Origin: Deltaproteobacteria bacterium
Lineage (GTDB): Bacteria; Myxococcota; Kuafuiibacteriia; Kuafuiibacteriales; Kuafuiibacteriaceae
Direction of reading: 5' to 3'
Assembly (NCBI GenBank): GCA_040218735.1
Contig: JAVJQW010000012.1
Location: 384,001 to 448,000, forward strand
Length of the DNA stretch: 64,000 nucleotides
Under the pieces are notes generated by a model. That model was given only the letters and a program-made list of their open reading frames with translations. It did not search any database and was not told where the DNA came from. The position numbers were made by a program, and so were the translations under genes. Shown here piece by piece: positions 40,826 through 49,146 of the stretch (positions are counted from its first letter, which is position 1; each line of letters starts with the position of its first letter).

Positions 40826-42022
40826 CTAGTTGCCCACGCCCACGACCTCGGTCACCACCCCGCTCACGCGCATCCCGACCGAGTAGCCGTCCGCGAACTC
40901 GCGGTGGTCGGCGCAGCTCGAGGCGTCGTCGGGGTCGACGCGCGGCACGGTCACGGCGCAGGCGGTGTCGAAGCAGGGGTCGCCCGGGGCGACGGCGTCG
41001 CAGCACAAGTCGATCGCCTGGTCGCCGTCCTGGTCCACGGCGCACTCCGCGCCGTCGCCGTCGAGGTCGACGTCCGGCATGCCGCTGATCGTCAGCGCGA
41101 CGAGGTCGAGCAGCGACGAGTTCGAGAAGGACGCCGAGCACAACACACTCACCTGGCCGCAGTACGGATTCTCGATCCCGTGCAGCGCGCGCGCGGGGAG
41201 CGCGCCGCCGAGGACGCCGTTCGAGAACGAGCGCTCGTTGGGCGCGATGAGGAAGGAGAAGCGCATCCGCGCGAACTCCACCGTGGGGCGGATCGTCGCG
41301 GCGACGGAGAGTTGAATCGCGAGGTCGAACGACTCGTCCGTGACCAGCTGATGGTTGCGGATCCGCGCGCGCGCCATGGTGCGCGGTCGGTTGTCGGCGG
41401 TGAGCGAGTCGCGGTCGATCAGCACCGTGCCCTGCCCGTCGAAGTTGTTCGACACGAGCGCGTCGGCGTCGATGCCCGAGTAGATCTTCAGCGTCACGGC
41501 GTCGTCGCGGCCCGCGTACTTGTCGACGAGCCCCGCGATCTCCACGACGAGCAGGTTCGCCGACGACCGCACGCCCGCCCTCAAGGAAGGGTTGGCGTGG
41601 TTGCCGAGCGGCGACAGGACGTTGTCGATGCAGTCGGGGTCACAGCGGTTGTCGAGATCGAAGCCGACGTCTGGTGCGGCGATCTCCAGGGCGTCCACGA
41701 CGAAGATCAGGCCCGTCCCCGGAGCCGCGTCGAAGCCGTCGTCGTCGAGGCCGACGGGCTTGTCGCCGATCTCGACGTCGGTGCCCTGGCAGCGCCCGTC
41801 GAGGCAGAGGCGGCCGAGGCTCGCGCACCCGTCGTCCGTCAGCTCGCACCCGAGCGCCATCGCGCAGTCGGCGTCGACGTAGCAGTCGGTCCGACAGAAG
41901 TGCCCCGACTCGTCGCAGTAGGACTGATCGCCACAGTCGAAGTCGGTCTCGCAGCGTGATTCACACGCGAGCAGGGCGATCGGGAGCAACGAGACGAGGG
42001 CGAGGCGAACCAGCACGACCAT
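40826..42022 (-). CDS. Cys-rich hypothetical lipoprotein
   Basis: Lipobox LLAC; CETDFDC and CYVDADC repeats; GFDLD...IDNVLS; DVDLDGDG. Confidence 0.75.
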   Translation of the reverse strand: MVVLVRLALVSLLPIALLACESRCETDFDCGDQSYCDESGHFCRTDCYVDADCAMALGCELTDDGCASLGRLCLDGRCQGTDVEIGDKPVGLDDDGFDAAPGTGLIFVVDALEIAAPDVGFDLDNRCDPDCIDNVLSPLGNHANPSLRAGVRSSANLLVVEIAGLVDKYAGRDDAVTLKIYSGIDADALVSNNFDGQGTVLIDRDSLTADNRPRTMARARIRNHQLVTDESFDLAIQLSVAATIRPTVEFARMRFSFLIAPNERSFSNGVLGGALPARALHGIENPYCGQVSVLCSASFSNSSLLDLVALTISGMPDVDLDGDGAECAVDQDGDQAIDLCCDAVAPGDPCFDTACAVTVPRVDPDDASSCADHREFADGYSVGMRVSGVVTEVVGVGN

Positions 42023-42047
42023 GGGTCGCCGGCGGCCCCGCCCACCT

Positions 42048-43676
42048 TCATTCTTTTTCTTCGTCCGAGGGCGGGACGTGGGTGACGCGCGGGAGCTCCA
42101 CCAAGATCTTCGTGCCCTCTTGCTCGGAGGACGTCGCCCAGGCCGTACCGCCGTGGGCGATGGCGACCGCGCGCACGATGTACAGGCCGAGGCCCAGGCT
42201 CTTCGCAGCCTTCTTGCTCGAAGCGCGCTTGCGCGACTCCAGCGGCTCGAAGAGCGTCGGCAGCACCTCCTCGGGGACCGGCTCGCCGGTGTTGTGCACC
42301 GACAGCGTGACACGATCTCCGTCACCGTCCGCGGCGATCGTGACCGTGCTCCCCGGCGGCGAGTACGCGAAGGCGTTGTGCAGCAGGTTCGTCATCACCT
42401 GCGAAAGTCGGTCGGCGTCCCAGCGCCCCGCGAGGTCGCCCGACGTCTCGACGACCAGCTCGTGCTCGTCGAAGAGGCTCTTCGTCTCCTTCGCGATGTG
42501 CCGCACCAGCGTGCCCAAGTCGAGCGCCGTCGGCGTCACCGGGAGGCGACCGCCGAGGCTGCTGCGCGCGAAGTCGAGGAGGTCCTGCACGAGACGCCCC
42601 GCGCGATCGACGGACGAGCGAATGCGATCCGTCGTCTTCAGCTGCTGCGGGTTGAGCTCCCCGAACTCGGGGAGGAGCTGCGCCGCCGTCGTGACGACCT
42701 GCAGCGGGCTGCGCAGGTCGTGGCTCACGATGCCGATCAGCTGCTGCTGGAAGAAGATCTGTTCCTTCGCCCGCTCCGCTTCGCGACGACGCATCGTCAC
42801 GTCCGCGACCACACCGATGCCGGCGCCGTCCGGGTTGTCGTGACGCCCGGCGTAGAGGCGCGCCGAGAGCCAACGGTTCTGCACGGTGCGGAGCTCGATC
42901 GAGGTGTCGCCCATCGTCTCGAGCACGTCCGTGAGCTGGCGGCGAACGTCGTCCCGGTCGCTCGGGAGCACCCGCTGCGTGAGGGCGTCGAGATTTTCGA
43001 TCGTCTCGGCTCCGAACAACTGCAGCGCGAGGTCGTCACACTCGACCGCCCCGTCTTTGCGCCAGACGAACGTACCGAGCCCCGCGAGCTCGACCGCGAG
43101 CGCGAGCTTCTTCTCGCTCTGCGCGAGCGCCTGCTCCGCGTGCACCAACCCCTGAACCGTGTGGAGCAACGCGTCGTTCTGCTCGCGCATGTCCTCGAGC
43201 AGATCACTCGTCTGAAACGCCGGCTCCGTCGCAGACGACGGCAAGGAGGCGTGCGCGGGCGTGGCTAGCGGGGCCTTGTCGACGTACTTCTTCAGCTCGA
43301 CGCGCGTCCCCGACGGCGCGGTCTGCACGGACATCTCGTCGACGAGCGCACGTGTTCCGGCGAGTCCGCGACCGAGCCCGCGCTCCGACGTCGCGTCCCC
43401 GGCGAGCGCTGCGTCGAGATCGTCGATCCCCGGACCGTCGTCTTCGATGCACGCGACGACCGCGGGGCGCCCTTCCGCCGCGTGTTGCAGCTCGAGTCGT
43501 CCGTTCGATGCGTACAGGAGCGCGTTGCGCGCGATCTCCGAGACCGCCGTTGCGAAGCGTGTCTGGTCGAGGAGCTTGAGCCCCGCGTTCCGCGCGTACC
43601 GGCGTGCGAGGCGGCGGGCGGCGACCACGTTGGCCGCGGAGTCGATGATGATCGTCCGGTGATCTTCCTTGCTCAT
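42048..43676 (-). CDS. Histidine kinase with N-terminal RsbT-like GHKL domain and PAS
   Basis: ATAVSEIARNA...DDGPGI...GLGRGL (RsbT-like), a PAS-like segment, VSHDLRSPL, NLLHNA and GLGLGLYI. Confidence 0.9.
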   Translation of the reverse strand: MSKEDHRTIIIDSAANVVAARRLARRYARNAGLKLLDQTRFATAVSEIARNALLYASNGRLELQHAAEGRPAVVACIEDDGPGIDDLDAALAGDATSERGLGRGLAGTRALVDEMSVQTAPSGTRVELKKYVDKAPLATPAHASLPSSATEPAFQTSDLLEDMREQNDALLHTVQGLVHAEQALAQSEKKLALAVELAGLGTFVWRKDGAVECDDLALQLFGAETIENLDALTQRVLPSDRDDVRRQLTDVLETMGDTSIELRTVQNRWLSARLYAGRHDNPDGAGIGVVADVTMRRREAERAKEQIFFQQQLIGIVSHDLRSPLQVVTTAAQLLPEFGELNPQQLKTTDRIRSSVDRAGRLVQDLLDFARSSLGGRLPVTPTALDLGTLVRHIAKETKSLFDEHELVVETSGDLAGRWDADRLSQVMTNLLHNAFAYSPPGSTVTIAADGDGDRVTLSVHNTGEPVPEEVLPTLFEPLESRKRASSKKAAKSLGLGLYIVRAVAIAHGGTAWATSSEQEGTKILVELPRVTHVPPSDEEKE

Positions 43677-44677
43677 CAGCTCATCCCTCTTCGAATCACC
43701 GCGATGGAAGCGTCGTCCGTGCGACGTTCGTGGTCACGGTAGTAGAGCGCAGCGATCGTCGACGCGCGACGCGCGATCAAGCCGGGGAACGAACGCGGCT
43801 CGCGGATCTGGCGCACGCCGTCGGAGTGGAGCACGCAGACGTCGTCCGCTCCGAACGCGATGGTGTCGGTCTTCAGTCTTCGCAACGCGGAGCCGGCCGT
43901 ACCGTGCGTCGCGGCGATTCGGGTGTCGCGCTCCGCACCGAGGACGAAGACGTCGATGTTACCGAGCGTGCAGATTCGAACGTCTTCGCCGGAGAACGTC
44001 GCCACGCCGACCACCGCGCCCCGGGCGCCGCGGAGGGCCTCGTGGAGCGCGCGCACGGTCGACTCCGGCTCGGGATCCTCGACGGCGTCGAACGCCGCGA
44101 TCGCCTGGTCCGCGATCTCCGCCGCGCGGCGCCCGTGACCGAGGCCGTCCACGACACACACCGTGAAACGCTCGGGCGTGATGGTGCGGTACGCGATGGC
44201 GTCCCCCGAATGGGCCTCGCCGGGGTACGCACGGACCAAGCCACCGACGTCGTAGACCGCGTTCGTACGGGGCGTTCGTGCGGAAGCCGCGAGCACCGTG
44301 TCGACGACGGTCCCGCGCTCCGGTGCGGACGCGATGTCCGACTCCGTCGACAGACGCAGCACCGTGCCGAGGCCGTGGCCAGGGGTGTCCGCGGTCGAGT
44401 AGCCGTCGCGCGCGCAGCGCTCGACGTTGTCCATGCCGGGGCCCTGGTCGAAGACCGTGAACCGAACGGTGTCGCCCTCGCGGACGACCAGCGCCTCTCC
44501 GCCTCCTCCGTGCACGACGGCGTTGGTGCACGCTTCGGTGACGACGAGATCCATCTCCCCGATCCGCGCGGCCGTGAAGCCGAGCTGGAGCCCGAGCGCG
44601 CGCGTCGCTGCACGCACCGCAGCGGCCGCGCTCTGATCGCGGACCGGAATCGTTCGACGGAGCCCGACGCGGGTCAT
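43676..44677 (-). CDS. GHKL-PP2C (SpoIIE) fusion phosphatase, RsbX-like
   Basis: TEACTNAVVHG and DQGPG, then SGD, VVDGLGHG, LHSDGV and TDDAS PP2C motifs. Confidence 0.88.
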   Translation of the reverse strand: MTRVGLRRTIPVRDQSAAAAVRAATRALGLQLGFTAARIGEMDLVVTEACTNAVVHGGGGEALVVREGDTVRFTVFDQGPGMDNVERCARDGYSTADTPGHGLGTVLRLSTESDIASAPERGTVVDTVLAASARTPRTNAVYDVGGLVRAYPGEAHSGDAIAYRTITPERFTVCVVDGLGHGRRAAEIADQAIAAFDAVEDPEPESTVRALHEALRGARGAVVGVATFSGEDVRICTLGNIDVFVLGAERDTRIAATHGTAGSALRRLKTDTIAFGADDVCVLHSDGVRQIREPRSFPGLIARRASTIAALYYRDHERRTDDASIAVIRRGMS

Positions 44678-45078
44678 GCTCGACCGTACACCGTGGCCGC
44701 GACGTAGAGTCCAGTCGGGGAGCGGGGACGGACCGCGAACTCGTCGGCCAGTCGCCGCGAGCCGCCCAGGCCCAGACCGAGCCCGCCGGCCGTCGAAAAG
44801 CCCTTCTCGAACGCCCTGTCCAGGTCCGCGATGCCCGGACCCTCGTCTTCGAACGTGAGCTCCAGGCCTCGGCGCGCTCCGTCCTGGACCACGCGCCAAC
44901 GGCACACGCCACCGCCCGCGTGCACGAGGACGTTCCGCGCGAGCTCACTCGCGATGGTGAGCGCGCGTGTCTTCTCGAACGTGGACAGACCGATCGAATG
45001 CGCGGCCGCCCCGACCGCGCTCCGCACGCGCGAGAGGTCCGCGCTCGACTCGATCCGAACGCGCGATGGGCTGGCTAT
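44674..45078 (-). CDS. rsbT: Stressosome switch kinase RsbT
   Basis: ASELARNVLVHAGGG, FEDEGPGIAD and GFSTAGGLGLGLGGSRRLADEF. Start uncertain: ATA at 45078, next GTG at 45027. Confidence 0.88.
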   Translation of the reverse strand: MASPSRVRIESSADLSRVRSAVGAAAHSIGLSTFEKTRALTIASELARNVLVHAGGGVCRWRVVQDGARRGLELTFEDEGPGIADLDRAFEKGFSTAGGLGLGLGGSRRLADEFAVRPRSPTGLYVAATVYGRA

Positions 45079-45434
45079 GTCGCGCAGAGGGATCGGAGCT
45101 TCTCCATACCGCGATCCACGTTGAGCGCCGTGTGGATCCCGTCCAGCGTCACGCCGAGCTCCACGAGGGTCATCGCGACCTCCGGCTTCACCCCGACCAG
45201 CACGGTCTGCGCGCCGAGGATCCGCGACATCTTCGCGAGGTCCCCGAGGAGACGCCCGGCGAAGGAGTCGACGACGTCGAGCCCGGCGATGTCGATCAGC
45301 ACGCCCTGGCAGCTCGTCTTCTCGATCTGGTGGAGCAAGTCGTCTTGCAAGCGCAGCGCGAGCTCGTCGTGCATATCGATCTGCACGCTCACGAGGAGGA
45401 TGTCGCCCACGCGGAGGATCGGGATGCGGTCCAT
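45075..45434 (-). CDS. rsbS: Stressosome STAS protein RsbS
   Basis: MDRIPILR, LIDIAGLDVVDSF with the phospho-Ser, and GVKPEVAMTLVELG. Confidence 0.93.
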   Translation of the reverse strand: MDRIPILRVGDILLVSVQIDMHDELALRLQDDLLHQIEKTSCQGVLIDIAGLDVVDSFAGRLLGDLAKMSRILGAQTVLVGVKPEVAMTLVELGVTLDGIHTALNVDRGMEKLRSLCAT

Positions 45435-45436
45435 CG

Positions 45437-46279
45437 CTACCCCTCCTTGACGACCCGATAGCCCATCCGCTCGATCGCGAACGCGAGCGCGGACCGCAAG
45501 CTGGATTGCGTCTCGATATCGCCGAGGTCAACGCCGAGCGTGACCATCGTCTGCGCGATCTGCGGACGTACGCCGGAGATCACACATCGCGTGCCCATCA
45601 AGCGCGCCGCCGACACCGTCTTCACGAGGTGCTGCGCGGTCACGGAGTCGACGGCCGGCACGCCAGTGATGTCGAGGATCGCGACCTCGGACTCACGCTT
45701 CACGATCTCTTCGAGCAAGGTCTCCATCACCTGCTGCGTGCGGGATGAGTCGAGGACGCCGATGATCGGGAGGACGAGGATTCGATCCCACACCTCGACG
45801 ACCGGCGTGGACAGCTCGAGCACTTCCTCCCGCTGGCGAGAGATGATCTCGTCGCGCTCCTCCAGGCTCACCGCTGCGACGTGCAGCCCGAGCTGGTCGA
45901 AGATCGACGTGGTGAGTCGTAGCTCCTCGGCGAGCGCCGCGCGGGACCCCAGCTCGGTCACCATGAGCGAGAACAACGCCTGCTTGAACGAAAGGACGAA
46001 CATCGCGGTGTCGACGGGCGACACGCCGAGCCGAGACCACGCCCGCGCGATGTCGGCGGTGACGGCTCTCAAGTCGTCCCATTCGTCGCCGTCGTACTCG
46101 GCGATCCCTTTGGCCATCGCGCGGTGCGCGCCGTCGATGAAGACGACGGAGCGCTCGCGGCGCTCCCGCGGCCCGACGAGGTCGGTGCGTACGGCGTCAT
46201 CCTTCACCTGGAACGACAGCCACTTTTCGAGGAGCACGTCCTCGCGGTCTCGTATGAGTTTTCCGATCGTCGTGGGCAC
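45437..46279 (-). CDS. rsbR: Stressosome scaffold RsbR (N-terminal helical sensor plus STAS)
   Basis: ELSTPVVEVW, LPIIGVLDSSR, ILDITGVPAVDS and SGVRPQIAQT motifs. Confidence 0.93.
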   Translation of the reverse strand: MPTTIGKLIRDREDVLLEKWLSFQVKDDAVRTDLVGPRERRERSVVFIDGAHRAMAKGIAEYDGDEWDDLRAVTADIARAWSRLGVSPVDTAMFVLSFKQALFSLMVTELGSRAALAEELRLTTSIFDQLGLHVAAVSLEERDEIISRQREEVLELSTPVVEVWDRILVLPIIGVLDSSRTQQVMETLLEEIVKRESEVAILDITGVPAVDSVTAQHLVKTVSAARLMGTRCVISGVRPQIAQTMVTLGVDLGDIETQSSLRSALAFAIERMGYRVVKEG

Positions 46280-46365
46280 GGCCGGCTGCGAGCCTAGGAC
46301 GGCGTGCGCCGAATCGACCAGGACCTAGGCCGCAAAAGAGCGGACTCGTCGCGATGGGCCTCGTT

Positions 46366-46881
46366 TCAGAACTTGAACGTTGCACCGACGCGGCCTTCGA
46401 TCGGGATGGCCGTCGAAGGGGTCACGTACGGGCTGAAGTTGAGCTCGCCGTGGAGGAGGATCACGTCGGCGACCTCGATCTCCAGGCCACCGCCGACCGT
46501 GACGCCCAGGACGAGGTCGGCGTCGCCGCCCGGGAAGAGGATGGGCGCAGAGAGTTTTCCGTAGAGCCAGTCGAAGGGGAACACCTTCGCCTGCGGGCGG
46601 AACCCGAGGAACGTGCTCTGCGCGCGCGGGTAGACGTCCGGCTCGTCGATACCGAACACCAGCGGAATCTCCAACCGGAGCATCCCGATGTCCCAGCCCG
46701 GCCCGACGTCGAACGTGACCGGACCCCGGTCCGATGCGATGTCGTCGCTCGCGGCGAGCATGAACGAGGTGCCCGCCGAGGCCTGCACCGTGATGTCCGC
46801 GCGCGCCTCGTTGGCGACGCCGAGCGCGGCGAGGGCGCCGAGCGCGATGAGAGGGATGCGGATTCGGGTTCGGTGCGTCAT
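46366..46881 (-). CDS. Small outer-membrane beta-barrel protein
   Basis: Signal peptide ending EARA-D, alternating amphipathic strands, C-terminal GATFKF beta-signal. Confidence 0.75.
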   Translation of the reverse strand: MTHRTRIRIPLIALGALAALGVANEARADITVQASAGTSFMLAASDDIASDRGPVTFDVGPGWDIGMLRLEIPLVFGIDEPDVYPRAQSTFLGFRPQAKVFPFDWLYGKLSAPILFPGGDADLVLGVTVGGGLEIEVADVILLHGELNFSPYVTPSTAIPIEGRVGATFKF

Positions 46882-46975
46882 GAAAGTCTGTCTCCTCACT
46901 CTTCCTCAGTTGGTAGACGCGGGCCACTTTATGAGGCTGCGCCGTGCGATCGCGAACATGCGCCGGCGATCACGC

Positions 46976-47004
46976 TTGACCGGACCGAGCGCGAGGTCTA
47001 GGCA
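46976..47004 (+). promoter_or_regulatory. Candidate sigma70 promoter for the riboswitch leader
   Basis: TTGACC-N17-TAGGCA immediately upstream of the riboswitch; the -10 is imperfect. Confidence 0.35.
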
Positions 47005-47009
47005 GCTAG

Positions 47010-47175
47010 CAACTTCCATACTCTTCGTGCGGCAGCAGGGAAGCCGGTGAAATTCCGGCGCGGTCCCGCCACTGTCAGCGATTCGGCCACGTTCGGGGCG
47101 TAAGCGCCCAGCCACTCGGTCACACCGGGGAAGGCGAACGCGGCAACAGGTCGCGAGCCAGGATATCTGCTCCGT
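47010..47175 (+). ncRNA. Cobalamin (B12) riboswitch
   Basis: AGGGAAGCCGGTGAAATTCCGGCGCGGTCCCGCCACTGT core, GCCACT...GGGAAGGC and B12-box GAGCCAGGATATCTGC. Ends are approximate. Confidence 0.93.
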
Positions 47176-47298
47176 GCGTTTTTCCATCCGGTGGTCCCGC
47201 GAGGTTTCGGGCGAGGGTGAAACGGCGAGACGCCGCTTCTTCTCTTCGAACCTCACGAGCTCATCGGCGCCGGCGGATCAACCGGCGAAGGAGCGAAC

Positions 47299-48378
47299 GT
47301 GAATCGTCTTCGAATCAGCCTCCCCCTCGTGATCGCGCTGGCCGCCGCCTGCGGTGGCACCGAGAACCCCCTACCGCCCAATCCGTCCGGATCCCTGGAG
47401 GTCGCCGGAGCCTACGGCTCCGCCTTCGGCGAGGAGACCATCTCCGCGACGATGTGGGGCGCGACGACGATCGTGGAGTTCGACAACGACGCGAACTTCG
47501 CGATCACGCAGAACGCGGCGGACGACATGTTCAACCCGTCGGCGTTCAACCGCATCGTGTGGACGGAGCCCGACGCCAAGGGCGGGTTCTACTACTGCTT
47601 CGAGGTCTTCGGGCAGGCGACCGCCGAAGAGGCGAAGGCCGCGACCGAGATGGCGGACGCGGCCGACCCGGCGACGGGCGGGTGCGGCGGCTTCCCGTGG
47701 ACGCAGCTGTATCACGCGATCGAGATCGAGGGGCGCTACCACAGCAACTTCGGCGGCGTGGAGATCGTCTCGCACGAGCAGTTCTCGTTCATGACGGTGG
47801 TGGAGTTCGACAACGACGCGAACTTCGCCATCACGCAGAGCCCGGCCGACGACATGTTCAACCCGAACAAGTTCAGCAAGATCGTCTGGACGGAGCCGGC
47901 CAACGGCGGGTTCTTCTACTGTCAGGTCACGTTCGGCGAGGACACCGCCGAGGCCGCCAAGAACACGACCGAGATGGCGGACGACAGCAACCCGACCGTC
48001 GACGGGTGCAGCGGGTTCCCGTGGACGGAGCTCGGCCCGACGTTGGAGATCGAGGGCGAGTACGACAGCAACTTCGGCGGGACCGAGACGATCACCTCCG
48101 ACCTTTGGACCTCGTACGACGCGAGCGTCGTGCGCGAGTACGACAACGACGCGAACATCGCCTACCTGCAGCTCCCCGAGGACGCGATGTTCAACCCCGA
48201 CACCTTCGCGAAGGTGGTGTGGACGGAGCCGGACGGCGGCGCGTTCTACTACTGCTGGGTCGACTTCGGGTACGCGACGCTCGACGAAGCCAAGACGAGC
48301 ACGCAGACCTGGGACGCGAGTGATCCGGACAACTCTGGCTGCGGGGGCTTTTCGTGGACCAAGCTCACCGCGCGCTGA
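47299..48378 (+). CDS. B12-riboswitch-controlled lipoprotein made of three 108-aa tandem repeats
   Basis: SD AAGGAG plus GTG; lipobox LAAAC; repeats start at 47395, 47719 and 48043. Confidence 0.88.
   Translation: MNRLRISLPLVIALAAACGGTENPLPPNPSGSLEVAGAYGSAFGEETISATMWGATTIVEFDNDANFAITQNAADDMFNPSAFNRIVWTEPDAKGGFYYCFEVFGQATAEEAKAATEMADAADPATGGCGGFPWTQLYHAIEIEGRYHSNFGGVEIVSHEQFSFMTVVEFDNDANFAITQSPADDMFNPNKFSKIVWTEPANGGFFYCQVTFGEDTAEAAKNTTEMADDSNPTVDGCSGFPWTELGPTLEIEGEYDSNFGGTETITSDLWTSYDASVVREYDNDANIAYLQLPEDAMFNPDTFAKVVWTEPDGGAFYYCWVDFGYATLDEAKTSTQTWDASDPDNSGCGGFSWTKLTAR
47395..48366 (+). repeat. Intragenic triple repeat, 324-bp period
   Basis: EFDNDANFAITQ/EYDNDANIAYLQ, MFNP, VWTEP, FYYC/FFYC and GCxGFxWT recur three times. 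Confidence 0.9.
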
Positions 48379-49049
48379 TCCTGTTGCTGCTCTGCAGCTG
48401 CGCGGGTGAAGACCCGACGCAGCTGCTCCTCGACGGCGGCCCGCGCGACGCGGGCTCGGTGCGGGACGCGGGCGTCGACACGTCGGCGCTGCCGTTTGCA
48501 CGCTCCGTGACGGCGTTCGACGACGGCGACGGCGCGGGCTTCGGCCAGGACGCGATGCCCGGCGTGGTGCTCGGACCTCCGCGCGGCGGCGGGCTCGAGG
48601 CCGGCTCGACCGACGTGGTGAGCCTCGGCGTGGGCGGAACGATCGTCGTCGGGTTCGGCGACGACACGATCGTGGACGGGCCAGGGCCCGACTTCGTGGT
48701 GTTCGAGAACGCCTTCTGGGTCCAGGGCGACCCGAGCGACGTGTTCTTCGAGCTGGGCGAGGTCTCCGTGAGCGACGACGGCGAGACCTGGCACACGTAC
48801 CCGTGTGACGCCGAGGCGACGGCGCCCCCCTGGACGGGGTGCGCCGGTTGGTCCCCCACGCGCCCGTTCGACCCGTTCGACCTCCCCCTCACCGCCGACC
48901 GAACGGGGGGCGACGCGTTCGACCTGGCCGATCTCGGGCTCGACGAGGCCCGGTTCGTGCGGATCCGCGACCTGTCCACCGAGGGGGTCCCACCGACGGC
49001 AGGGTTCGACCTCGACGCGATCGGGTTGTTGCACGTCGACGGCCTGTAG
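48354..49049 (+). CDS. Cell-surface lipoprotein, BtuH-like domain
   Basis: Lipobox LCSC; VSLGVGGTIVVGF, DGPGPDFVVFENAF, ELGEVSVSDDG, GGDAFDL, FVRIRD and GFDLDAI motifs. Exact start uncertain. Confidence 0.75.
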   Translation: MDQAHRALILLLLCSCAGEDPTQLLLDGGPRDAGSVRDAGVDTSALPFARSVTAFDDGDGAGFGQDAMPGVVLGPPRGGGLEAGSTDVVSLGVGGTIVVGFGDDTIVDGPGPDFVVFENAFWVQGDPSDVFFELGEVSVSDDGETWHTYPCDAEATAPPWTGCAGWSPTRPFDPFDLPLTADRTGGDAFDLADLGLDEARFVRIRDLSTEGVPPTAGFDLDAIGLLHVDGL

Positions 49050-49146
49050 AACCTGCCACTTCTGCAAGTCGGTGCAAGCGTTCGGGGCCGGCGGGGCGCC
49101 TGCGGAGGTCTTCTCGTCTGGCCCGGATGGTGCTTAGAACGAGGGG

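Noticed and set aside
47395-48366. Recurring DNA words (gagttcgacaacgacgcgaac) as a CRISPR-like array
   Set aside because: The 324-bp period is in frame within a coding gene, and there are no cas genes or unique spacers.
49050-49146. Giant toxin gene as part of the B12-regulated operon
   Set aside because: It is on the same strand 97 bp downstream but has its own SD and no functional link; co-transcription cannot be supported from sequence.
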